A stretch of 64,000 nucleotides of DNA from IMG/VR virus record IMGVR_UViG_3300035694_000088; one strand, written 5' to 3'. Below, one piece after another: positions 56,515 through 64,000 of this stretch (position 1 is its first letter; each line of letters begins with the position of its first letter). The notes beneath the pieces are model-generated. The model was not told the DNA's origin and searched no databases. It was given only the letters and a program-made list of their open reading frames with translations. Made by a program: the position numbers and the translations under genes. The stretch comes from a virus.

Positions 56515-57338
56515 GTGTCGCGCTGCAAGGAATACTGCTTCTGGCGGTATCTGTGGTCAGCGTCGCGATCTACATGAGTGCCCTGGGGCAACTCCTGACG
56601 TCGAGGCGACGTCCCGGACTCATCCGCACCGGACTGTGTCGCCTGTTCGCCGCCCTACTGTATGTGGGTGTCGGTCTAGCTACTGTGGAATACCATTCGG
56701 GGGGACCGCTGGTCGGTGTCGGAGTAATAACGATTGTCCAATTGATGTGGTGGGTTAATTCTGTCAGCGACGTGCGATTGGCGCGGAGATCGGAGGATGA
56801 CGTAGTGGCAGATTCGGAGCAGGACTCGTTCGGTGTGACGAACCCGGTAGCGAACTACGCCATGCCCCTGGCCGACGCGGTGGTGTCGGCCGAGATAGAT
56901 CGACTATCCGAGCAGGCCAATAAGATGACCCGACGAGTAAGCAAGATAGAAGAGGCCCGCAACGACGATAAAAGGAATGCAAGGTACGTCCGTGCGGCGG
57001 TGGCATTCACGTTCATCATAGCGATTTGCGGCCTACTATTCAGCTTGGTCATATATAATCGCGCGGATCAGACGGCGAAGCTCGTCGAAGAAAACGCCCG
57101 GATTCTTGCCACCGTGCAAGCCACTCAGGCCCGGCTGGATGCCACCACGGCTCGACTAGATGTCAGTGTTCACGAGTCATGCGTGCTCTATGCACTGCTG
57201 CTGTCGCAGTACAACGCGAAGTCCAGGGCGTTGTCCCCTCGGGGTCCTGACGGCTACGACAACGACTTCCGCAAGCTCTACGCCAGCTCGCAACACCAGA
57301 ACTGTGGAATCGGCGAGCCCCCGGACCTGGTTCGCTGA
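56511..57338 (+). CDS. multi-TM/coiled-coil membrane protein with possible internal start at 56805
   Basis: Three TMs, coiled coil, TM, coiled coil with Cys pair. Confidence 0.65.
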   Translation: MSVALQGILLLAVSVVSVAIYMSALGQLLTSRRRPGLIRTGLCRLFAALLYVGVGLATVEYHSGGPLVGVGVITIVQLMWWVNSVSDVRLARRSEDDVVADSEQDSFGVTNPVANYAMPLADAVVSAEIDRLSEQANKMTRRVSKIEEARNDDKRNARYVRAAVAFTFIIAICGLLFSLVIYNRADQTAKLVEENARILATVQATQARLDATTARLDVSVHESCVLYALLLSQYNAKSRALSPRGPDGYDNDFRKLYASSQHQNCGIGEPPDLVR

Positions 57339-57382
57339 CCCGCTACGGCGCGTCGCGCCGGGTCAGCACCGCCCACTCCTCG

Positions 57383-57889
57383 ATGATGGCGGGCGTGACC
57401 GAAGCCCACCTGTTTGACGACGAGGTTCCCGAACACGGCCGTCACGAGGCGGCCCCTTCGGGCTCGTCGATTGTGCGACTGATCCAACGGATTCAGTCCC
57501 AACATCAGATGATTGGAGACCTTGTGGCTACCGAGAGCGAGCAGATTCAGCGCCTGAAGGACGACGTTGGCGGTTACGTCAGCGCCATGCGGACCAAGGT
57601 GACGTCCCTTCAGGACCAGATCGCCTCCCTAGGTGGACAGGTGTCGACCGCGAAGGCCGACCAGATGACGGCTGACGCCGACGAGTTGAGTCAGACTCTC
57701 GACACGCTGGAGCAGGCGTTCGCGCAGGACAACCCGCCTCCGGCCCCCAGCCCGGCTCCCGCTCCGGCGACACCGGGCACCGACCCCACCGGAGGCGGAA
57801 CCCCTCCGGCAACCGACCCCACCGGAGCGCCGATCGCTGCCCCCCCGTCGGTGGACCCTACCGGGGGAACCACCCCCCCAGCTCCGTGA
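57383..57889 (+). CDS. coiled-coil protein with DPTG-repeat Pro-rich tail
   Basis: Three DPTG units at the C-terminus. Confidence 0.6.
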   Translation: MMAGVTEAHLFDDEVPEHGRHEAAPSGSSIVRLIQRIQSQHQMIGDLVATESEQIQRLKDDVGGYVSAMRTKVTSLQDQIASLGGQVSTAKADQMTADADELSQTLDTLEQAFAQDNPPPAPSPAPAPATPGTDPTGGGTPPATDPTGAPIAAPPSVDPTGGTTPPAP

Positions 57890-57975
57890 TCAAGAAGCTG
57901 CTCGAACTGGCGGCGATCAAAAGACTGATCGAGTGGTGGCGCAACCGTCACCAGCCGCGCAACACCGGTAGCTGA
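57886..57975 (+). CDS. 29-aa amphipathic cationic peptide (not in track)
   Basis: VIKKLLELAAIKRLIEWWRNRHQPRNTGS; GTGA overlap. Confidence 0.45.
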   Translation: MIKKLLELAAIKRLIEWWRNRHQPRNTGS

Positions 57976-58033
57976 CCGCCGCGCCGGGGAAGTGGCAGCG
58001 ACTTCCCCGGCTTCGGCACCGACAGGAGGACCT

Positions 58034-58993
58034 GTGCCGCATCCCTACCTCGGGGACGTCTTGTGGTCCGACGTGTCGGAGTTCCAAACCGAGGTCACCG
58101 ACGTCTACCCCTACAACACCCTGTGCATCCGGGCCAACGACGGCACCTACCGTGACCACCACTTCATGGACAACTATGCGTGGGCGTTGCGGAGCCTGGC
58201 CAGTGGGCGACTACGCCTACTGATGATCTACATGGTGTACCGGGAGAACTGGCAGCAAACCCTCGACACCACCAAGTCGATGGTCGGCACTCCGCACCCC
58301 CGCAGTGCCTACATGATCGACGTCGAGTCGTGGTCCGGGCAGATCACCGGCAACCACTCCTCCACCATCAACGCGCTACGCGACGGGCTCACCGCGTGGG
58401 TCGGTGACCCCCGACGGGTTATCGGCTACGGCAACGCCGGTGACCTCAACGCCCTATGGCCGACCAAACCACCCGGCACGCACATCATCGAAGCCGCCTA
58501 CGGGTCCAACCCGGACTACCCGGGCAAGATCGGTCACCAGTTCACCGACGGGCAAACCCGCGACCGGATCAACGTGCCCCCCTTCGGTTACGCCGACGTC
58601 AACTCCGCTGACGGTCTCGACATCGACGCCCTGTGCGCGGCTCTGGGCATCGCATCGGATCACCCCCCACTAGGAGACGGCGACATGCCAGCCAACGAAT
58701 GGAAAACCACCCCGCTGCCCGAGCAGCACTGCGTGTGCTTCCCGATCGGCAAGGTCTCCGGGCTGGTCTCCCAAGGCTGGCTGAGCATCTTCCCCGCGCA
58801 GGACGCGCAACTACACGTCGAGGTCTACGGCGGTGGCGTAAAGCTAACCGAGTTCACCTCGGTCGCCCCCAAGGCGCAGCGCTGGTGGCGGGAACTACCC
58901 GACGGCACCGAGGGCTGCCTAGTGACCATCTCAACCAACACCAACAGCGTCGCGGGCTGGTGTTTGGAACCGAAACCGAGAGTGGGTGCCTGA
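58034..58993 (+). CDS. endolysin, GH25-like muramidase plus C-terminal domain
   Basis: AGGAGG RBS; DVSEFQ, IRANDG, MIDVE, HQFTDG..D.NS. Confidence 0.8.
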   Translation: MPHPYLGDVLWSDVSEFQTEVTDVYPYNTLCIRANDGTYRDHHFMDNYAWALRSLASGRLRLLMIYMVYRENWQQTLDTTKSMVGTPHPRSAYMIDVESWSGQITGNHSSTINALRDGLTAWVGDPRRVIGYGNAGDLNALWPTKPPGTHIIEAAYGSNPDYPGKIGHQFTDGQTRDRINVPPFGYADVNSADGLDIDALCAALGIASDHPPLGDGDMPANEWKTTPLPEQHCVCFPIGKVSGLVSQGWLSIFPAQDAQLHVEVYGGGVKLTEFTSVAPKAQRWWRELPDGTEGCLVTISTNTNSVAGWCLEPKPRVGA

Positions 58994-59553
58994 TGGTGCG
59001 TTGGCTCGGTCGCGAAGCCGCCCAATGGCCGCACCTGATCGGTGCCCTGCTCATTTTGGGCATCCCGTTCCTCAACCTCACCCCGGACCAGACCGGGACG
59101 ATCATGGCTGCCGTCGTCGCCGCGTCCGGCGGCGCCACCGCGCTGACCGTGTCCGGCGAAAAGGCCGCCCCGCTGGCCGCTGGCCTGCTCAAGGCGGTCA
59201 TCGCCCTGGGCTTGGCGTTGCATTTCAGCTTCTCTCCCAGCGCCCAGGCGGGAGTGATGGTGTTCATTGAGGCCGGGGTCGCGTGGTATCTGCGCACTCA
59301 GGTCGTCGCAGCGGTGGCGCCGTTGCCCGCGAAAACCCTGCCGGTGGCGCAGTACCCGGCAACACCAACACCGGTGGTGGTCACCCCCACGCCCGAACCT
59401 CTGCCGGTCGCGGTGGTCGAGAACACCGCGAGCGTGGTCGAGACAGGCGAGCCGGTGCAGATCATTCACGATCAGCCGACCGACGCCAGTTTCCTCGATG
59501 CCCCGGATCCGCTGATGCGCGGCCCGCGCCACGGGGAGTCGCATCTGCCATGA
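58993..59553 (+). CDS. holin
   Basis: LGRE.A start, four TMs, coupled to endolysin. Confidence 0.75.
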   Translation: MVRWLGREAAQWPHLIGALLILGIPFLNLTPDQTGTIMAAVVAASGGATALTVSGEKAAPLAAGLLKAVIALGLALHFSFSPSAQAGVMVFIEAGVAWYLRTQVVAAVAPLPAKTLPVAQYPATPTPVVVTPTPEPLPVAVVENTASVVETGEPVQIIHDQPTDASFLDAPDPLMRGPRHGESHLP

Positions 59554-59906
59554 GGGATCGGATCACGCAGGGCACGTCGCGGGTGGTCAACTCCCGCAAC
59601 ATCGTTGACGCCAACGGGGCGCCACTGGTGGTCACCGGGTGGCAGGTGCGTGCGGTCGCGCGGGCCAACCACGAGGCGGGTGCGCTGCTCACGGAGTGGT
59701 CGGACACTCCCACGGGGAGCCAGGGCAGGGCGACGGCGTTGGGGCGCACGGTGAGCCTGTTCATCACTCCGGCGATGTCGGAGGGCTGGAACTGCGATCG
59801 GGTCGCGATCCAAGCGAAGATCATCAATCCGGGTGATCCGGACAACCAGACCGAACGCATCATCGACGAAGTCTTCGACCTTGACCGAGAGGCCCTCTAC
59901 ACGTGA
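59550..59906 (+). CDS. BppU-N-like Ig-fold structural protein
   Basis: VDANGAPL..TGW.VRA..R...V.L.I. Confidence 0.55.
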   Translation: MRDRITQGTSRVVNSRNIVDANGAPLVVTGWQVRAVARANHEAGALLTEWSDTPTGSQGRATALGRTVSLFITPAMSEGWNCDRVAIQAKIINPGDPDNQTERIIDEVFDLDREALYT

Positions 59907-60205
59907 ACAACCCCGTGACCCTGCACCGCGACTGGGTGTGCGCCGACGGCTGCCCCAGCCATGCGCGCACCTTCGACGACAAGCTGCCACACCACCCGTG
60001 CAGGAACCGGGCCGGGCTAATGGTGGCGCTGATCCCAGCGGGCACGAAGGCGAAAGTGCAGATTCACGACCGAGGCGACTACCTCGGCAGAGACATCCCC
60101 CATCGCGACGCGGACGGCAAGGTCGTCATGTCGAGCACGGTGACCAGGGACGATGGGCAGGACTGCACGGTTTACGTGCCGACAGCGGTAGCGGAAAGGG
60201 AGTAG
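59903..60205 (+). CDS. hypothetical Cys/His protein
   Basis: W.C..GC...H.C motif; GTGA overlap. Confidence 0.65.
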   Translation: MNNPVTLHRDWVCADGCPSHARTFDDKLPHHPCRNRAGLMVALIPAGTKAKVQIHDRGDYLGRDIPHRDADGKVVMSSTVTRDDGQDCTVYVPTAVAERE

Positions 60206-60209
60206 GGAC

Positions 60210-60518
60210 GTGACCGAGCAGGAAGAGCAGACACGGCGCGAGCATGTGGCCGCCGTCGAGGTCCACGAGCGGCAGGTGGCCGCCGCTCAAACCCGAGTCG
60301 ACGTGGTTCACCGCAAGATCGAGCAGTTCGATCGGCTCCGCGAGAACCTCGAAGTGGATCTGAAGGCAGCGCAGGAAAACCTCGCCGCCGAGCAGGAGGA
60401 ACTGCCCAAGGTTCGGGCCCGGGCGGAAGCCGCCCTGGAGCACGGTCCGGTCACGCTCAACGGGGAACATGTCGAGGCTTTGGCGGGCACCGCCAGCGTC
60501 GCAGGGAGCGTGAACTGA
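60210..60518 (+). CDS. coiled-coil hypothetical protein
   Basis: GGAG RBS, heptads. Confidence 0.7.
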   Translation: MTEQEEQTRREHVAAVEVHERQVAAAQTRVDVVHRKIEQFDRLRENLEVDLKAAQENLAAEQEELPKVRARAEAALEHGPVTLNGEHVEALAGTASVAGSVN

Positions 60519-60994
60519 TGGCCTGGTCAGCTAGTCACATCTTCCGCGCTTACCTGGCGGACGTCCTGCACAACACCACTGCTATCGACATCGGGTCGGA
60601 CGTCCTGAAGGCCGCGCTGTTCAACAACTCGGTCACCCCCGACGAGAACGCGACCTCCGCGCTGTCCGCGTACAACGCCGCCACCTCGCAATGGTTGACC
60701 GCCAACGAGGTCTCCCAGGCGGGCCAGTGGGCCGCTGGCGGAGTCGCGATCACCGGCACAGCGGTCAACTCCGGCACGGCAGACGTGGTGTACCTCCCGG
60801 CGTCGAACACCGCCAGCGGGTCGGCGGCGACCCTGGCCAACGCCTACGGGGCGCAGGTCTACGACACCACGGTGGCCACCCCGGTAGCGAATCAAGGTGT
60901 TTGTTTCAACTACTTCGGTGGCCCCAACTCGGTGACTAACGGAACGTTCACCGCCGTATGGAACGCCTCGGGCATCCTGCGCTTCACTCTGTGA
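60518..60994 (+). CDS. probable minor virion structural protein
   Basis: D..LKAALF, NEVS..G..AGGVA, A.GA..YD, FGG...VTNGTFT..WNASGI family pattern. Confidence 0.65.
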   Translation: MAWSASHIFRAYLADVLHNTTAIDIGSDVLKAALFNNSVTPDENATSALSAYNAATSQWLTANEVSQAGQWAAGGVAITGTAVNSGTADVVYLPASNTASGSAATLANAYGAQVYDTTVATPVANQGVCFNYFGGPNSVTNGTFTAVWNASGILRFTL

Positions 60995-61028
60995 CCTGGG
61001 GGGACGCAGCTAAAAATCGGGAGTAGAC

Positions 61029-64000
61029 GTGGGCCTCGCGACCGACCCCACCCATACCCCCGCAAATATCAAGCTGACCGGCACCGGCACGGTCACCAGC
61101 GCCAGCTTCACCCCGCAGGACGGCACGATGGTCGTGCTGCTCATCTCGTCGGGATGGAGCGGTGGCAGTGGCACGGTCAGCTTCACTGTCTCCGACTCCG
61201 GGTCACACACTTGGCAGCGCCCGGTCACCGCCACCGGCACCAGCTCAAACGGTGGCACCGCCGCTGTCGCTTACTGCTATTTCGCCACCTCACCTGGGGC
61301 GATCACCGTTTCGGTCGCCTTCTCCGGGTTCGCTTCCGGTGGCGGTGGCCGGTACGTCGACTTCTACCTGCTCACCGGCGCGAAATCCTCCCAGAGCGGT
61401 GCAGGTACCGGCACCGCGAACAACACCACCAGTCAGACGGCCGCCACGGTCAGCGTCACCACCACCGCCAACGGGTCCTGGGTCCTGGGTGCCTACAGCG
61501 AACCGACCGGCACTCGAACCTGGACCGCGAACGCCAACTCCCAGGTCAGTGACACCTACTCGGACACCACAGATGTGTGTGTCATGGGCAGCTTCGCGGG
61601 CCTGTTCACCACCGGCACACCCGGTGCCACTGTCTTCGGCGGATCGTTCAACACCGCTGCCCAATCCGCTGTCGCCGCATTCGAGGTGCTACCCGCACCG
61701 ACCGCCACCAATGCCCCAGCGGGCAACGCGGCGAGCACCGGGAGCGCCCCGGCGCCCTCGGCGAGCATCAAGCCTGTCCCGGGGGCGGCCACCAGCGCCG
61801 GGAGCGCCCCGACGCCCAGTGTCTCGGTTCGAGCCAACGCCGGGTGCGCCACCGCCACCGCCACCGCGCTGGGCGCGACGGGATCGGTAGCACCCGCCGC
61901 GACCACGGCCACCGGCGCGGGGGTCGCCAACGGGGCCACGGCCACGATCGCCTCCGGCGCGGGAACCGCCACCGGAACGGGCAGCACACCGACCCCGGGC
62001 GGCAACGCCACGGGCGCTGTCGGGGTCGCCACCAGCGCGGGCAGTGCCCCGACCCCCAGTGTCAGCGTGGGGGCACCGGCCGGGGCCGCCGCTAGTGCCG
62101 GTACGGCCCTGGGGGTGACGGGTCAGGTCGCCCCCAGCCCGGCGACAGCGACCGCCACTGCCACCGCCCCGTCCCCCTCGGGTTCGGCGACCACCAGCGC
62201 CGCGTGCGCGACCAGTACCGGTAGCGCACCGGCGCCGAGCATCGCCGTGGGTGCCTCCGCGAGTACCGCTTCGGCTACTGGCCTGGCGGCGGCCCCGCAC
62301 GCTACGGTCGGGGTCGCTGCCCCGGTGGCCACCGGAACGGGCACGGCGTATCCCCTCGGTTCCAACGCCGCCAGTACCCCCACCGCCGCGTCCGGCACCG
62401 GGGCAGCACCAGTCCCCTCGGTCAGTGTCGGCGCCTCGGCTAGCACCGCGACCGCGACCGGGTCCGCCCCGGGCGCTACCGGGGTTGTCGCTGTCACCGC
62501 GCTGGCCGGGTGCGCCACTGTCGCGGGCACCGCGCCCACCCCGTCAACTCTGATCACCGCGCCAGTGGGTGCCGCGACCGGTACGGGCAGCGCACCGGTC
62601 GCGTCGACCGCGATCAACCCCGCCGCGTCGACCGCCACCAGCACGAGCAGCGCCGGAAATCCTGGCGCAACGGCCACGACCGGCGTACCGGCCGCCATAG
62701 CGAACGCTGCCGCCCCCACGCCGAACACCGGGGTAACCACAACCCCCACCACGGCCACCGTCAGTGGCGCGGCGCTGGACGCGACCGTGCTCACCCGGCA
62801 CGACGCCCTCGCCGGGTGCGCCACCGCCAGCGTCACCGCCCCCGCGCCCGGCGCGACCATCACCAGCACCCCGAGCACCGCCACCGCTGCGGGCAGCGCA
62901 CCGACCGCGACCCCCGCCCTCACCAGCAGCCCGGCCACCGCCACCGCTGCGGGCACCGCGCCCGGCGCTACCGGGGTCACCGCCGTCATCGCCCCCGCTG
63001 GTGCCGCCACCGCCACCGGATCGGCCCCCACCCCGGCGACAACGATCCTCACCAATCCGGGTACCGCCACCGGCACCACCAACGCTCCCAACCCCGGTGC
63101 CACTGCTGCAGCCACTGTCCCGGCAGCAACAGCGACGAGCGCCGCCCCCACCCCCTCAACGGCGATCAACGCCCCCGCTGGTGTCGCTCTCGTCAGCGGT
63201 ACCGCACCCAACGCCGCCGCCGCTGTCGGGGCCCTGGCCGGTGTCGCGACAAGCACTGGCACAGCATTGACACCGCTGGTGAGCACATCCAACGTGACAT
63301 TCGTCAACGCTGGGTGCGCCACCGCGACGGGCACCGCACCGTCACCCGGGATCTCAGCTACATCCACTGTCGGGGTCGCCGCCGTCAACGGGGCCGCTCA
63401 AGCGGTCAGCGGCGCGGTCACCACCAGCCCCGCGACGGCAGCGGGCAGCGCGACGGCGCCCTCGGGTAGCGCGAACATCGGCCCGGCCGTCGGAACAGCC
63501 ACCGGTACGGGCAGCGCCCCGACACCGGGCACCGTCGCCAGCTCCTGCGCCCTACCACAACCGGCGACCAGTACCGCCGTCGCGGCGCCAGCCTCAGGCG
63601 CGGTTGTGGCCACACCACAAACCGCGACCGGGGCGGGTGCCGTCACGGGGGCGACGGGCCGGGTCACAACCAACCCCGGTAGTGCCCTGGCCACAGCAGC
63701 ATCCCCCAGCGCGGCGCCCACCGGCATCTCGCACGCCAGCGCCCCCACCGCCAGCGTGACCGCCAGCGCCCCCACCGCGTCGGTCGCGCTACAGGCAGCG
63801 GCGGTGATCGCCAGCGCGGCGGGGGCAGCGACCAACCCAGGCGTCACGGTGTCCGCCAACGCCGGAATGATCGCGGTGCTGGCGCAGGCCCTCAATGCGG
63901 TAGCCAAAATCAGTTTCGCGTGGCCTCCCCGCGCGGACCCGGTCACGATCACCGGGGTGGCCAGCGGGGTCGCTGGTGTGCTCGCCCTGGCCGCAGCTAC
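61029..64000 (+). CDS. long A/T/G/P/S-rich repeat fibre protein (3' incomplete, absent from ORF track)
   Basis: GGGAG RBS and GTG 61029; same frame reads as protein at both ends; no track ORF interrupts this frame; about 19-20-aa repeats A.AG.AT..G.AP.PS.SV from about 61700. Confidence 0.8.
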   Translation, partial: MGLATDPTHTPANIKLTGTGTVTSASFTPQDGTMVVLLISSGWSGGSGTVSFTVSDSGSHTWQRPVTATGTSSNGGTAAVAYCYFATSPGAITVSVAFSGFASGGGGRYVDFYLLTGAKSSQSGAGTGTANNTTSQTAATVSVTTTANGSWVLGAYSEPTGTRTWTANANSQVSDTYSDTTDVCVMGSFAGLFTTGTPGATVFGGSFNTAAQSAVAAFEVLPAPTATNAPAGNAASTGSAPAPSASIKPVPGAATSAGSAPTPSVSVRANAGCATATATALGATGSVAPAATTATGAGVANGATATIASGAGTATGTGSTPTPGGNATGAVGVATSAGSAPTPSVSVGAPAGAAASAGTALGVTGQVAPSPATATATATAPSPSGSATTSAACATSTGSAPAPSIAVGASASTASATGLAAAPHATVGVAAPVATGTGTAYPLGSNAASTPTAASGTGAAPVPSVSVGASASTATATGSAPGATGVVAVTALAGCATVAGTAPTPSTLITAPVGAATGTGSAPVASTAINPAASTATSTSSAGNPGATATTGVPAAIANAAAPTPNTGVTTTPTTATVSGAALDATVLTRHDALAGCATASVTAPAPGATITSTPSTATAAGSAPTATPALTSSPATATAAGTAPGATGVTAVIAPAGAATATGSAPTPATTILTNPGTATGTTNAPNPGATAAATVPAATATSAAPTPSTAINAPAGVALVSGTAPNAAAAVGALAGVATSTGTALTPLVSTSNVTFVNAGCATATGTAPSPGISATSTVGVAAVNGAAQAVSGAVTTSPATAAGSATAPSGSANIGPAVGTATGTGSAPTPGTVASSCALPQPATSTAVAAPASGAVVATPQTATGAGAVTGATGRVTTNPGSALATAASPSAAPTGISHASAPTASVTASAPTASVALQAAAVIASAAGAATNPGVTVSANAGMIAVLAQALNAVAKISFAWPPRADPVTITGVASGVAGVLALAAA

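Overview
High-GC actinobacterial tailed phage or prophage segment, probably from a mycelial host (inferred from the TraB and BldN-like genes). From 10.5 kb onward it holds a near-complete morphogenesis and lysis region: portal, MuF, HK97-type protease and capsid, neck, contractile sheath and tube, chaperone, tape measure, baseplate, fibres, GH25-like endolysin and holin. No terminase or integrase is visible in the window. Five features stand out. (1) A 3474-aa ORF fuses the prohead protease to a DarB-like methyltransferase/SF2 helicase and reads through a nested TnpV-like gene in another frame. V-E-x-K motifs recur at domain borders of this and neighbouring head proteins, suggesting protease-released, capsid-packaged cargo that would include a 2H phosphoesterase. 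(2) A Streptomyces-plasmid-type conjugation module (GntR/TraR, Spd-like, TraA-position gene, TraB) lies next to two tRNA-Gln genes. (3) A BldN-like ECF sigma factor has four candidate GTAAC-N16/17-CGAT promoters, mostly in front of small surface-protein genes. (4) Rpf-LysM and a class F sortase with its likely substrate sit between the head and neck genes. (5) A second promoter class, TAnnnT-N7-GTTCCGACCGAC, occurs three times. All family assignments come from motif recognition by eye, not from database searches.
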